A stretch of DNA of 64,000 nucleotides from Podarcis erhardii. Lineage: Eukaryota. Under the pieces are notes generated by a model. It was given only the letters and a program-made list of their open reading frames with translations. It was not told where the DNA came from and searched no databases. This document shows, in pieces, positions 48,557-62,785 of this stretch (positions are counted from its first letter, which is position 1; every line of letters begins with the position of its first letter). Made by a program: the position numbers and the translations under genes. The stretch lies in the NCBI GenBank assembly GCA_964252035.1, contig OZ176207.1; one strand, 5' to 3'.

Positions 48557-49922
48557 GGGATGCGGGTGGTGCTGTGGGTTAAACCACAGAGCCTAGGATT
48601 TGCCGATCAGAAGGTCGGTGGTTCGAATCCCCGCAACAGGGTGAGCTCCCGTTGCTCCATCCCTGCTCCTGCCAACCTAGCAGTTCAAAAGCACATCAAA
48701 GTGCGACCAAGGTACTTTCGAGAATGTATAACTTGCTGCTTAAATGGAATACTCAGGATGAGACAGTCAAATCAGCCATGATAAAATGGGCTCAGGATAT
48801 TGGGTATAACATTATGTTTGAAGACTGGGAAAGGTTATGGACCACTGGAATGAGATTTACGGCATGTAATGCCTTGAAAGAGAATATTATGAAAATGATA
48901 TATAGGTGGTACATGACCCCAGTCAAACTTGCAAAAATTTACCATCGATCCGATAATAAATGTTGGAAATGTAAGGAGGCTGAAGGGACATTTTTTCACC
49001 TTTGGTGGACTTGTCCAAAAGTGAAGGCCTTCTGGGAAATGATCTATAATGAACTAAAAAAGGTGTTTAGGTACACCTTTCCCAAGAAACCAGAGGCCTT
49101 CCTCCTGGGCATTGTGGACCAAAGGGTGATAAAGAAGGATAAGACATTTTTTATGTATGCATCTACAGCAGCAAGAATACTTATAGCAAAATATTGGAAG
49201 ACACAAGATCTTCCCACGCTGGAAGAGTGGCAGACGCAGTTGATGGACTATATGGAATTGGCCGAAATGACTGGCAGAATCCGGGATTTGGATGAAGAGA
49301 CAATGGAAGAAGATTGGAAAAAATTTAAGGACTATTTGCAAAAACAATACAAGCTATATGAATGTTAAGAATCTGCATGTTTTGGAACCTAGCTCCTGCA
49401 ACTAGATCGAGAAAATGGGAAGATAAGTTACACTTAAGAAAAAGTTGAAATTTAAGGTTATTATATTTTTTATTTTAAGGCATAAATATTAGATAGAAGG
49501 CACCTTAAAATTAGAAGTAAAATATTTTGAAAGGTATAGATAAGATACGAAACAAGGTAATAATTTGCTGATATGTTTTATTGTAAAGAATGCAGGGTGA
49601 GGGAGGTGTGGGGAAGTCCAGCTAACAATCTAAAAATGTATTTTGAAAGTTGGAGTATTATTTATTTTTCTTCTTTTTTCTTCTGTAAACTGAAAATGCA
49701 ATAAAAACGTGTGTTTTTTTAAAAAAAGCACATCAAAGTGCAAGTAGATAAATAGGTACCGCTCCAGCGGGAAGGTAAACAGCGTTTCTGTGCGCTGCTC
49801 TGATTCACCAGAAGCGGCTTAGTCATGCTGGCTCCCTCGGCCAATAAAACGAGATGAGCGCCACAACCCCAGAGTCGGTCATGACTGGACCTAACGGTCA
49901 GGGGTCCCTTTACCTTTACCTT
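48557..49922 (+). mobile_element. Sauria SINE split by an L1 insertion
   Basis: 5' half 48557-48704 and 3' half 49742-49922 are contiguous in the SINE consensus. Confidence 0.88.
48705..49723 (+). mobile_element. 5'-truncated L1-type LINE (ORF2 C-terminal zinc knuckle plus 3' UTR)
   Basis: CWKCKEAEGTFFHLWWTC motif, stop at 49368, AATAAA at 49700, A-run, 18-bp TSD AAAAGCACATCAAAGTGC at 48687-704 and 49724-41. Confidence 0.9.
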
Positions 49923-50576
49923 TTAACCTGCTAATTGTCTGTGTACAGTGCTTTTTCTCTTGACAGTAGCTTTTAACTTCCTCCCCACCCCCCTCCTCTG
50001 GGGCCTTCCTCAGGCTTTTCTTGCTGGATCCTGTTGAGAGTCCCAGTGTCGTTTTCTTCTAAAGGAAGCTCCTATTTGTCATATTCAGCATTAGTTCTGC
50101 ACCTCAGAATCTCTGTCGTGTTTCAAGGGGACATGCTTAGAATTCTCAGTCATTTGTTTGGGATCCATAAATATTGGCTTGAATTACAAGTCAGCCAGTA
50201 TTTGTAGTCTCCACTAATCCCCTCTCCTGCATCCACTGGTATGGACAGTGCATGTAAGAGAAATGGTGACCTATCTCATTTATGTTGGTATGTAAGGAGA
50301 AGGTACTAAATGTCAAGAGTCTTAGGAGCTTAAATCATAGTGGAAATGAGGCCTCTGAGATAGCAGTTTTGTTGTGCCAATTAGCTTACCCACATGAAGT
50401 CTGAGGGCACACAGTCCTGAGGATGTGGCAATTCATTCAGTTGAATTAAGTGAAGCCAAAGTACTGACAGCAGTACCTGCACAAGTTTTAGAATTTCCCC
50501 CGGGTGGAGATCTCTGGATGCCAGGTTGGCAACTGAAATCCCCATCTGGTTGGACCCTCCAGCTTTCGTAAGCAGA

Positions 50577-50757
50577 AGAGCTTATTTATTGCAATTATAT
50601 CTCACCTTTTTCTCCAAAGAGTATATGGTTCACCCCCCAGTAAGTTAGGTTGAGACGTTGTGACTAGCCCAAGGACACCCACCGAGCTTCATGACGGAGT
50701 GGGGATTCAAACCCTTATCTCCTAGGTTCTTGTCTGACACTCTAACCACTACACACG
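50577..50757 (-). mobile_element. Degenerate tRNA-derived SINE
   Basis: Diverged resemblance to the Squam3-like copies (ACTCTAACCACTACAC, GTGACTAGCCCAAGG). Confidence 0.5.
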
Positions 50758-51050
50758 TTGACTTCCTAGAGTACTTCTGCTATGTGGCAGGTATAGAAAT
50801 TAAGTGGGAAAGCAAAATGTCAGAGAAGGATCTGAAATATTTTCCTTGAAGCTTGAATTTGTTTTATTCTGCATTGTTTTATTTGCTGTTTTAATGTGTT
50901 GTAAACCACTGAGATTTTTATTTAAAATATAAAGTGATATTGATATTATTATTATTTTGCAAAAAGGGCCACCTAGATATTCCATTGTGGCGACTGTAAC
51001 CTAGGTTTAAGCTGCCATTTGGTAATTAGCTTATATTTGAGTTTCTAATA

Positions 51051-51279
51051 CAGTCATACCTCGTGTTGCTTCCGCTTCATGTTGCGTCTTTTCACGTTAC
51101 ATCCCATGGCAACCTGGAAGTACCGGAATGGGTTACTTCCTGGTTTCGCCGCTCACGCATGTGCAGAAGCGCCAGATCGCACTGTGCGCCTGTGCAGATG
51201 CAGCACTTCAAGTTCCAGGCATTTCATGTTACGGACGGGCCTCCGGAACGGATCCTGTCCGTAACAAGAGGTACCACTG
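51051..51279. mobile_element. Tc1/mariner MITE with asymmetric TIRs
   Basis: Same family as 13622-13851; TA TSD. Confidence 0.82.
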
Positions 51280-54200
51280 TACTGCTGCAGTCTTCTGTGG
51301 CATCATAGTAGCCTATCTAACTTCAGGGAGTGGGGGCTGGAAGGTATCAACATGCATTTGCCTTAGGAGTTGTGTTTCCCTTTTAAAAGTTACTGTGACT
51401 CTCTGGTAGATGGTTCTTATGAGCTAAATGTTCTTTGCTCTTATTTAGTGCTGCATTCATATCTCTCTGACCATATTTGCATGGTGAGATCAAAGTAGAA
51501 TTTTTAATTACTGCTAGCCAGCATCTGTAAAGCTATACAACTGTTTCTATACAAACATTTTTATCTCAAAATGGCTAAAGGGTAGCGAAACAGCATTGGT
51601 TAAAAGGTCACATGAACTAAAGATTTCTAATTTAGATTAGCTCAGATAACTTAAGTAACACTTGTTCTGGCATGAAAAATTGGAACAGTTACACAGCTTT
51701 CATAAAGTTGTGCTATTTTGGGGAATGACATGATGACAATGACTCAGAACTAGATTGGATCACAGAACTAACAAACCTGTTTTTTTGTAATAGTGCATTG
51801 TCTTCTGTTTTGGCAATAGTATCTCTTTCAAGACTGTGTATAATTATTTGTTATTAAAGAGTTACAGAAGTTGCCTTTTTATTGTGAGATCGGTCATGCA
51901 GGATTAACAGGAGGTGCTTACATGCTAAATACAATGCCACTATATACCTGATACTATGACTTTTAATATTTAATTTGAGAGACTATTGTTCACACTCTTT
52001 ATTCAGATTCATAAAATTCAACACACTCTGCACAGACTCCACAATGATGCAAGGTGAAACATTTCCAGGGCTTTATTTTTCTATGGAAAATATTATATTT
52101 CATAAATTCATTAGAAACAATGAATGGATGTCAGATGCAAAGAAATATTAGGCTAGTGTGACAGTTTCAAAGTTTTAGCTTTGTTTTTCTAAATACTAAG
52201 GATGCTAAATTAGATCACTCCCTAGGGTATCAGAAAATAGTCTGCTACAACACCCTAATTTCCAGTAAATATTCCCATTTAAAATATTCTGGAAAACCAG
52301 TATCCCTGAGTATCCCATGCATAGATCTTCAAAGTATAGAGCTACCAAGAATTTACCTCCCTTGGTAGCCAGTCATTATCTGTGATGGCCTTAGACCCTT
52401 TCCATCTCTGGTAGTTTGTTTATTTTCCTGTTGTATCAGTCATGCACAACTTGCTGTGCAAATGATTGTGAGTAGAAAGGAGGAAAGGGGCAAAGAAATG
52501 CTAAAAATAGGTTTATAAATAGCAGCTGTTTTGCTCACCTGTGGTAAAAATGACCTCTAGGTTGTCTGAAACCCAAGTATCTAATGAATAAAATTTAAAG
52601 ATGCTCGCCAAGTAACTTGTAGATTTGGGCAGGAGCAGTTAATTGATGTGCATGGAGGAAAATAGACAATTCTTCCCTCAAAGGAGCAGTAAGAAGGCAA
52701 GCACATAGCTGTGGTCTTGCAAGAGTAGTTCTGCAAGCATCTGTACCAGTATGAGAAGCAGTAGTTCAGCTATCGATACGTCTGTCATATTTTCTTGATT
52801 TATCCTGACTCAAATTATTTTTTTTCTGGTTGCACTTGCCCAAATTTATAAATAATCTCATAAGGATTTGACAAGTCTATGTAAACCTAGCAGAGTTTAT
52901 TTTTTATGTGCAAGATTGGGAAAGAGGAAAATATGCCATATTACTTCAATTTCTTCAGGAATAAGGTAAACCTATCCATTTCACACAAGTGTATGTGATA
53001 GACCTTGATGGTTTGAAATTCAAAGCAACAGGTTGGTGTGCCTAATTGTTTCCTTCCTCCAACTGTTATACACCACAAGCTGTTCTCCCACCCCGGTGGT
53101 GTTCCGTGTGTGTGTGCAAATACTCTTATAAGTAGTATAAAGCACACCACATAATGCTGGATCAGATTATACCACAATATAGGCATGTGTTGAATCTGCT
53201 GTGGAGCAACAAAAAAGGAAAACCAGAATAAACTGGACAGAATGTTGTTGGTGCCCAATTAAACTGAATGTTTCACCTTGCACATTGGGTTACACTTGGA
53301 GTAGATGCACTGAAATCAGTGGGCTTTAAGTCCATTGTTTTCAGTGGGCAAGTATGACTAAAATTAGATCTCGACCATTAAATATACCAGTGGCATAGCA
53401 GAAAAATATTAGACTTGCTTCTGAGCAAGCATACATAGGATTATGCTGCACAGTTTGTAGTTGGAGTAAGTTCTGAAAACACGGATTCATGAATATTAAA
53501 GGCTTTTAACATTGAAATGTAACTTTATTTCTTACGTTTGAAAAACTTTAGCTTCCAGATTTCCTAAACCACTGGTACCACTTGAGATGCCATTGAAGCA
53601 AATAGTACCACCCGAACCAACTAGTACTTGGGGTACAGTAAACTTCTCTACTTGCTACATAAACGTGCATGGTCTAAATAGGTGCTAGGTGAACCATGGT
53701 TTTGATATGATGCAAAATAGATGCTGCTGTTTCATTAAATCTACTTACATAAACATGCTATTCTGTTTGTTTTGTGTAACCTGGAATGTTTAACAGAAAT
53801 GGCCATGGTTGTTTCCATTTGCATTAGCATATGACTATAATTAGTTTCAGGGGTTGCCATTTTTGGGGGGACCATTGGACATATTTCTATTTTTGAGAGA
53901 GCATTGTGGGTGTCAGTCACAAAATGATGGTTGTGGCATAACACACCATAGTTGGGTGAACTTAAATAGAGTCCTGCTGAATCAAACCAAATATAGATCC
54001 TGTGTTCTATTTCTCATAGTGGCCAATTAGTTATCTCAATCAGAGAGCAGCTATTCTATGGCTTGTTCCTTGAACTCACTCATTCTGTCTCTGAATTCAG
54101 AGATTCCATTTAGCCATCATGAATCATAGCCATGAAAGACAAATTCATGGTGAGAGGTTTTGAAGTCTTTTACCTTATACCTATAAGCACATCTTGTGGC

Positions 54201-55102
54201 AGTGTGTTCCATAGTTTAGTGATGAATTCTATGAAAAGTACTTTTAACTGTCCGAAATCTTCTGCCAACTAATTTCTTTGATTAGCTCAAATTCTAATAT
54301 GCTTGAAGGAGAAAAGCCTTTCTGTTATGAGGATGAGGGAGTATCTTGGATATACAGCAATCAGAATTTTAAACCATATTCCAAGTGTGGTTGTGCTATA
54401 AAGAATTAGCGCAGTGTAGTTTAATCATGGTGCTTTGAATAAATCTCTGACTTCCTCATTCTCATACGTGTTCTGCTTAGTTAGGTACTTCATCGTTTGC
54501 TATTGGATCCAAACCAGCAAGCTATGGCTATGCAAAAATCCAAGCCATAATTGCCACAGACACAGGACGAGGAATGTGCAAGGCCAAGACTAGGCCATAG
54601 TTCAGTATTTTACTTCTGAACAGTGGCTAAATGTCATTTTTTTAAAAAGCATTTTTCCTTGTCATGGTATATGAGTCATGAGGAGCATGTGATTCATTTC
54701 CCTATTTTTAGGGGGTAAAATGGTCAAAAATTTTCATGTCTTATAAATACTTTTACAGTACTACTTCTACTACCACCTATGTGCAGACTGAATAAGTGAC
54801 ATCTAGAATTGGAAAGATGGTCTTAGTTTCAAAATCATTAATGCAGGCAGTATTGTTTCATACATAAATTTTTAATAGGGTTTATATAGACAAATACAAA
54901 GACTATTATTAAAAAAAAATTGTCTAGACAAACATTAATCTAGAGGCAAAAAAGAGAAAAAAGAGGGAGGGAGGGAGGGATAGAGAAAAAGGAATAGAAA
55001 AAAATGAGAGAAAAGAAGGAATAGAAAAAGAATTGAAAGAGACAAGGGAAAAAGATAGGCAATATTGTTTGGTGAATCTCTGAGAAAATACACAATTTTA
55101 GC

Positions 55103-55352
55103 AGAGCCAGTGTGGTGTAGTGGTTAAGAGCGATAGACTCGTAATCTGGTGAACCGGGTTCGCGTCTCCGCTCCTCCACATGCAGCTGCTGGGTGACCTT
55201 GGGCCAGTCACACGTCTTTGAAGTCTCTCAGCCCCACTCACCTCACAGAGTGTTTGTTGTGGGGGAGGAAGGGAAAGGAGAAAGTTAGTCGCTTTGAGAC
55301 TCCTGAAGGGGAGTGAAAGGCAGGATATCAAATCCGAACTCTTCTTCTTCTT
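55103..55352 (+). mobile_element. tRNA-derived SINE (Squam3-like)
   Basis: A-box TGGTGTAGTGG, B-box-like GGTTCGCGTCTC, (CTT)n tail. Confidence 0.85.
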
Positions 55353-58300
55353 CTCCTCAGAGGTGTGTCCTAAGGATTGTGTTCTAATTATTTTGTTTGT
55401 CAAGTTAAACTTTGTATTTAATTCTCTTCTTGACATTTGACTTTTAAAAAAATAACTTTCCATAAAGGAAAACAATAAGGAACAATACATTCTATAGCAT
55501 AGTAGCATGACACTACAAAATCAAACTTCGTTACAAGAGCAGAGTAAAATTGTGAAACCATGATTTGAAGTGGATCTGTGCAACAAGAGATATGCATGTG
55601 ATATAAGCACATACCCCTTTATATGTAGGATTTGGAAATCAAACAAGCAGCCACAAATGCTTTAGTAAAGCATTGGACCATAGCAGATGGTGTGAGACTG
55701 GAGGGATGGAAGAACCCTTTGTTGGGTTAATGGGAACCAGGATAACATTTGGTTTTAATTCCTCTTACATCTCTGTTGCATTCCATAACTTGCTCAAGCA
55801 CAGCTAAGTTTTAGACTCTATTCCACCAACTTTTTAAGGTAAAATGGGAGTGAAAGTGTCAATGCTGTGCTAGTTCTAACTGGGCTATTGCTAGTAACTC
55901 TGTGATCCTATCTGTATACATTGCATTCTCCAGTGTGCCAGGGAGGATGGAGAGCAACACTAGATCCAGAGAAATTATTTGCTGTGATATTTGAATAATT
56001 TAACAGACGTTCAGAGCAAATATCTGTTGTATCTGATTTGTTTTGTCAGACCTTAGTTTTAATACAGAGCTCTCTCTTGTGTGTGGGCTTTTAGCTGTCT
56101 AAATACTGCTGAGATGCTTGACAAATATGTTGTAATCTCTGTAGGATCCTGCTATGCAAGTTGTATACTCTTGGCATCTAAGTCTATCAATTATGTTGGC
56201 AGACATGGCTTTTCTTTTAATCGGGTTCATTTATACTTTCATCAGTTTTTTAGTTGTTTGTAAATCAATGTGTTGCTTAATCTGACACTGCCCTCCCCTC
56301 CCCGCCCCCGTTTTAAGTTCAGACAAGTATTTCCAGTTTCATATTGTGAATAGCACTCTTAGAATATTTGTAATTAAGTCTGGTTTTTTAAGTTCAGACT
56401 AAATACGATTCTTGAAAGGATAGTTCTGAACTCTGAAATGAAAGAACCAACACTGGTTATTGGCTTCTCATTAGTAGAGAAGAACTGTATTTGTAGCTAC
56501 AATTCTATGATCCTATGCACCAGGTGATTGTTAGTAATCTAGTGTCAAAAACAGTCCAGTCTGTACCAGTTTAATCATGCAGTGGAAACATTGACTGTGA
56601 TTGAGGAGAACAAAGAGCAGTTTAAGGACCAGGGCTCTTGAAGGACTGTACATAAAAATCTTGAGTGGAATGCATGTACCATCTGAGGTGAAGTGAGTGG
56701 CAGTCAAAGAGGGAGCTGCCTTGATTGTGGCACCCCAATTGCAGAATGCTTATTGTCCTTTTAATGACCTTTCCCAAAACTTTCCTGATCCTGCTGACTG
56801 TTTTATGCCACTTTTATGATTTTGCGTCTTTTAGCTTTCTGTTTGTATTTATATCTTATTTATTATTTTTGTAAATCACCCTGGGAATGTGATTTAAAGG
56901 GTCGTATAAAAATACTTAGAAATAATTTTTAAACTGGCAAGCTAGTTGGTGTAGATGAAGTATAACCTGAATTTGTGATCTCAATTTTAAGTTAGATAAA
57001 ACTGGTATGAACTTGGTAAATTCATAATGCACTACAAAATGCTCACAAAATTTCATTGGAAAAGAAACAACTGGTTTTTGCAGTACCAGAGCAACCTATT
57101 GTAGTCTGTTTATAACCTGGTAAAAGCCCAGCAGAAATTTCGAGAGCTCCTTTTTGAACTGTTCAGATCAGTTTATTTCCCACCTGAACATTCAACATCC
57201 TTAGGTAAGATGATGGGGACAGGTTGCTATCTTTTTCTCCAGTTTAAAAGATGAAAGGGGAAGCAGTCTTTCAGATTCTGATGTACAGTTCTCGCATGAA
57301 TGGGATATGTGGCCTTTCATATTGGTGTGGTGGTAGAACACTAAGAAGATACAATGCTAACAGTTGGTAGAGGTAGACATCAAAGGATCCAAATTCTGTT
57401 TTATAGGCCTCCCAAGTGTGTGTATGTAGACTAGGAGCTATCCTTTGCTCACAGATTTGAAGTGAATCTTAAGCCTTTTTTCAAAGCTTTTTCTTCCTTT
57501 CGGAAAATAGAGCAGTTTGTTCCAAAATGGAACAAAATATGATTTGAATTGACACTAAATATGATTTGATTTGACAGGCTGAAAAGCAGCTGTTCAACAG
57601 TCTTGACTGGTATTCTGTGCCATAAATGGTCTGATAGTTTTTTTCTTCTTGATTAAGCCATTTCTCCCCCGTTTTCAACTTGAAGTACCTCTTAGTACTG
57701 TCATGTGCCTATCTGAAACAATGGCATCTCTAAGCTTTTATGGTGAACTCTTGCAGAAGTTTTCAGAACTGCAAGTGGAAGAATTTCATCCTGTGATTAC
57801 CAAATTATTCTGTATACTCCTGCTGTCACTGTGGGTTGTCAAAATTATTGAGAAAAATGAAATCTATCTAGATTTATCACTGCAAGATCAGTGTGAGTGA
57901 ATTATTGGGACCTTTTGTTGGGGAAGCAGGGGTGAAGAAAATTAGGGTTACAGCATCTTTGGATTGCTGATATGTGATACAGTGTGGTTGTGTTGGCACG
58001 GAGAGAAGTGGGAGTAGTCTTCAGAGCCAGTCCGCTCCTGTCTGGTCCCTGGGGAGGTGAGGCCAATGAGTAGTTTCTATTGGGCAGGATTCATAGTACA
58101 AAATGGGGCACCAGAGACAGAGGTAATTGCCTACTTTGCCCTATGAGTTATATACTGGGATGAACTGCTTTTGAGTTTCTACAGACCATCAGGGTTCCTA
58201 ACAGCCTAATTTTAAATTAGAAAGGAAGAACCCTGTTGCTATTGTAGGGTTAGAAATTAGAAACTTTCTGATTTTACTGCAAATCATTCAGTGAACGTTT

Positions 58301-58791
58301 GGTAAACCCCACTATGCCTTCTGCTTACCATGTTCTAGGGTGCACGTCTATGCCCTGAATAAATTGAGCATGCTCCCAACATAGCCAACTGTCCTGTAGC
58401 AAAAAGGAATTCTTGGAAAAGTCATTGGTATTGGGCAAGTTGTTATTAGGGAAGCTTGTCTGCTGTTACCAATCTTCTTATTGAAGATCCTCTAGTAAGT
58501 GTGTAGGTAACCATCCCCTTAAAACAATTTGAAAACCATTGTACTATGTGATGCTGTGTACATCTTAGAGGATACCAAAAGGATGACATTGCTAGACTAT
58601 ATATTTACCATTCTTGAGGAATTAATTTCATGAAAATATATTTTCCCTCATACAGCCATTATTTATTTTATTTTTATTGAGAAAACAACTATGAACTGTC
58701 TAATTAAAAAAAAAATCTAAGCAGTGTCCATAAAGTAATATGAAATAATAGTACATGGATAGTCAGCAACATCTTGAAAACAAAGCAAGTA

Positions 58792-59251
58792 CCGTATTTT
58801 TCGCCCTATAGGACGCACTTTTCCCCCTCCAAAAAGAAGGGGAAATCTGTGTGCGTCCTATGGGGCGAATACAGGCTTTCGCTGAAGCTTGGAGAGCGAG
58901 AGGGGTCGGTACGCACCGTCCCCTCTCGCTCTCCAGGCTTCAGGAAGCTATCAGCAAGCCTGGGGAGCATGCGGGAGTTCCCGCAGGGCTCCCTAGGCTG
59001 CGGAAAGCAGCCTGTCACCCAGCGCGAGGGGCGCTCTGAAGCAGAGCGCCCCTCGCGCTGGGCAGACACCCGCAGCGTGGGGAGCCTTGTGGGAGTTCCT
59101 GCAGGGCTCCCCACGCTGCGGATAGCAGCCTGCCGCCTGCCGCGAGGGGCGCCCTTAAGCAGAGCGCCCCTCGCGCCGGGCAGAGATCCGCAGCCCCAAA
59201 AAACTAGGTGCGTCCTATGGGACGGAGCGTCCTATGGGACGAAAGATACGG
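58792..59251. mobile_element. Tc2/pogo-like MITE, CpG-rich
   Basis: TIR CCGTAT(T/C)TTTCG, TA TSD; same family as 40373-41654 in opposite orientation. Confidence 0.82.
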
Positions 59252-60720
59252 TATATATGACTAACTTACATGTCTTTGTAGGCATGCTAGAAAAAGTTTT
59301 ATTATAGTGTGCCTGCAGTTTGGGGGTTACTTTTGGCAGGAAAAAATGGTACCTGGTAAGGAGTTAAATCGATACATTTGTATGAAGTGCAATACTAAGA
59401 AAAGAGGCAGATGTTTCTTGTTTCTAAAAATATCAGTGGGGAAAAGCATGTGTTTGAGAATCAATAGATGTTTACTCGATATAGACTGTTTATGTTAACT
59501 GCTATAGTGAAACCTAGAAATGAGACTTTCCCATTGGGCAAACCTTTAAGTAGTTCTCATGCTGTATTTGTAATATTTCAGTTGCTTAAATAAAGTTAAA
59601 ATTAACTTGATCTGGTTTCTGTGCATCTTATCCACCAGTCCAGATGTCTTCTACCACATAGTGCCATTTGCTTTTATGGGCTCTTGAATAAAGCTCCTTT
59701 TTGACAGACACAGGGATATATTTTGTTCAGTATGGGGTAATTAAATCTCTCACTGTCCTGATAGTATCTTGGCAAGTGATTTGCTGGCTTTGCCTTGACA
59801 GGCAGGTGGAGAAAAACTACGTACTGTATATTCTGTGTTCTGAACTGATGGATCTGAGGCACAGAAACTAACTTCAGGTAAGATGATCCTTCAGTCTGTA
59901 TATGTAGGATACACTTGCTTAGAGCCAGTTGTCTTTCCAGTGTCTTTGTTTATAAAATAAGGCATACACCCTCATAGTTTATTCTTTTGGACTATAAAAC
60001 AGTTGCATCCCTCTCTTCCTCCATGGAGCTCAGAGGCTCAAGGGGTCCTCACAGCAACCCTGCTACTTTAGGCTGAGACACAGTGACTGGTCCCATGGCA
60101 TCTGGTAAATGTCCCCCCACTAAACATCAACACACTTTATTAACTACACTACACTGAATGTACTCTGTACAGCTATGCACACAATGTGATTTAACCTACT
60201 TGTACCATTAATCATGTGGTTGTTTTCATAATTTTTTGCAAAACACTAACTGTTGCTGCTATAAGAACTGTTAACCCAATTCCTGCTTTTGGATTACCAG
60301 TAGATGCTTTGTGTTTTGTTAGGCTGCAATTTTCTTCCTTACTGAAGGCTTAATATTGTTTTGTTTACTAACACCCCAGCAGTAGGATATCATTTAAATG
60401 ACCCCCTCAGTCTCCTATCACTTTAATCCAATGTATTTTGAGTTGCAGAGTGTTGCTTAAAAATGCGTAAATGTTAGTGTAACGTTCTTCTTGTGGCAGG
60501 AAATTGGGTTTATACCACTAACCAGTGTTGGAGATTTCTTCTTGTAAGCAATCTAACATCTTTTTGTGGTATTGGGTAGTGTTCAAATCTTCTGATAACT
60601 GAGTTTATCAAGAGCACTTAAGGGTAGTAAGTGGTCTCTATGAAAGTATACATTTTAGCCACTCCTTGTTTATGGTAGGGTGCTTGAGAGTTAAAGGCCA
60701 TGGGGTAACTTAAATTGTGA

Positions 60721-61440
60721 TATTTATTTAAAAAGTATTTATCATTTCCATTTTTACAATTGAAACAATAACAACAATCCAGATGTAAAACACACAATTA
60801 TTTTCATTTTACCTTCTCCCTTTCATGGTTCATTTTATTATTATTATTTTCTGCTACATATTCTATTTCCCCCCAATATTTAAATATACTTACATCTATT
60901 ATACCTAAAAGAAAAGCTTCTGGGATTTTAACAAATGTCTTTTTCAACATTTTTTTTCAGTTTATTATATTTCATCTCCCAGTAAGTCTTAACCGTTTTG
61001 CATGTCTACCACATATGATAAAAAGTACCTTCTTTTTCTTTACATTTCCAACACATATCTGATTCAGATTTATGCATCTTAGCTAGTTTACTCAGTGTCA
61101 GGTACCACCTGTAAATCATTTCCCTCAATAAATAAAATTCTCCCTCAATATGTTAAAATTTAAATCTTTTTTCCATAGTTTCTCCCATGCACTCATCTTT
61201 ATATTATGACCTGTATCTCTTGCCCAGTGAATTATAGCTGATTTTACCAATTCATCTTTTGTTTCCCATTCTAATAGTGACTTGTACATTTTGGAAATCA
61301 TTTTTCCCAACTCTCAGTGATCTCTTTCAAATTGTGAGCTTTGGGTCATAAAACCCCTCCATTTATCCTGTCTAAACAAATCATTTATTTGATGATACTG
61401 CAACCAGTCTGTCACAGCCTCTCCAATGTGTCATGTTTTT
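60721..61440 (-). mobile_element. Degenerate L1-type ORF2 3' fragment
   Basis: KMYKSLLEWETKDELVKSAIIHWARDTG aligns by eye with the 48.7-kb L1 peptide. Boundaries approximate. Confidence 0.7.
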
Positions 61441-62013
61441 AAAGTTTTATTTCTTCTTTTGAAAAGTCTAAAAGGTCTCTGTATGTTGCCTAATATCCTT
61501 CCATATTCCTAAATTGTGGGATTTTAATAAAGGGGCAACAGCTTAATCATGTACCCTATCATATGCTGAGACTAAAGGTTGGATTTTTCAAGATCAATTA
61601 CGGTACATACAAGCAGGGAGAATTCAATTAGTCAGCAGTTGGGCACCCCTGCACTAGTGACAATGTAATTTGAGTATTTTAGCCAATATTATTCAGTGTT
61701 TCAGATGATCAAGCAAATGAATATACAGTCAATTATTTTGTGAAATGGTGCTTCATTAGCGTGCATAAGTGTATAGTTCTGTTAGCATGCTTTTGTTTAA
61801 TCAAAGGAGAGCATGGATCTGAAACTCACAGAAGACTGCAGTGAGCTACCGAGCTGCAGTTTTCTGCGCAGTAGCTTGCGAACGCGCCATATATGAAGAA
61901 AGCTAAATTTTCTATGAAATGAGGATTTCACACTATGCTGTTCAAAGAGAACAGATGTTCAAATATGTGTGATTATAATGCTTTTCTTTAATCACATTTT
62001 TCTACTTATCTAG

Positions 62014-62058
62014 AGAAGTTGGAAGTTGCGCCACCATCCACTGGACAGCTGAAACATG
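62014..62058 (+). CDS. TMEM65: TMEM65 exon 2
   Basis: AG at 62012-13, GT at 62059; 45 nt; (E)KLEVAPPSTGQLKH. Confidence 0.93.
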
Positions 62059-62717
62059 GTAAATTATGTCTATTTTTTTAGAAGCTTAACTGTGGAGAAA
62101 GCCTCTCTAATACTTGGAACATTTCTCTCGAGGCCAATGCAAGGCATACAGTTGAATACATGAGAGTACATTGGGCTGCTTGAGTCAGAACATTATAGAA
62201 TTCTAAATCTTGCTTCCCCAAATTATGAGTAACATCATAAATCTGACTATCTTTACAAAAATAATTTTTACTAGTAAGTTTTACCTTTAGCTGTGATGAG
62301 AGGAGAGTGTGGTTAGAAGGGACAGAAACGAAATATGACAGAGAGGATGAAGATGTTTCACCCAGATCTTTGCAAATTGTTGATTAATGTTTATTATCAG
62401 ATTTCCCTACCCAACACAACCCTTCCCATATATGACAATTTTCGTGGGGGGGGGGAGGGATGACAACTCCAGATTAACTGGGCCTATAGCAGCTGCATCG
62501 ATTTTTGTAGTGCACTGTGTACAATGTGCTGGTAGTTGCTGTGTGGTGAGTTATACATGGAAAGAGGCTTCCATATCCCTTTTCTGTGATCTCAAACAAC
62601 ACAGTTCATATGGGAGTTTTTTCAAATTGTAGAAAATGGAGAATTGAACAGTAGTCTGCATGTATGAATTTGCAAGCATTTGAAAGCACTCCTCACACAT
62701 GTGTCTCTTTCTTCTAG

Positions 62718-62785
62718 TGTTCTTCCACAATGCAATACCTTTTGTAGGGTTTGGATTTTTTGATAATGCAATTATGATTGCTGCG
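62718..62785 (+). CDS. TMEM65: TMEM65 exon 3
   Basis: AG at 62716-17, GTAAGT at 62786; 68 nt; (V)FFHNAIPFVGFGFFDNAIMIAA. Confidence 0.95.

Noticed and set aside
48652-48704. N-terminus of the 238-aa ORF
   Set aside because: Comes from SINE sequence fused in frame to the L1 fragment; not a real start.
61830-61960. Possible intronic snoRNA near TMEM65 exon 2
   Set aside because: A few retained CpGs drew attention, but no proper C/D or H/ACA boxes or terminal stem were found.
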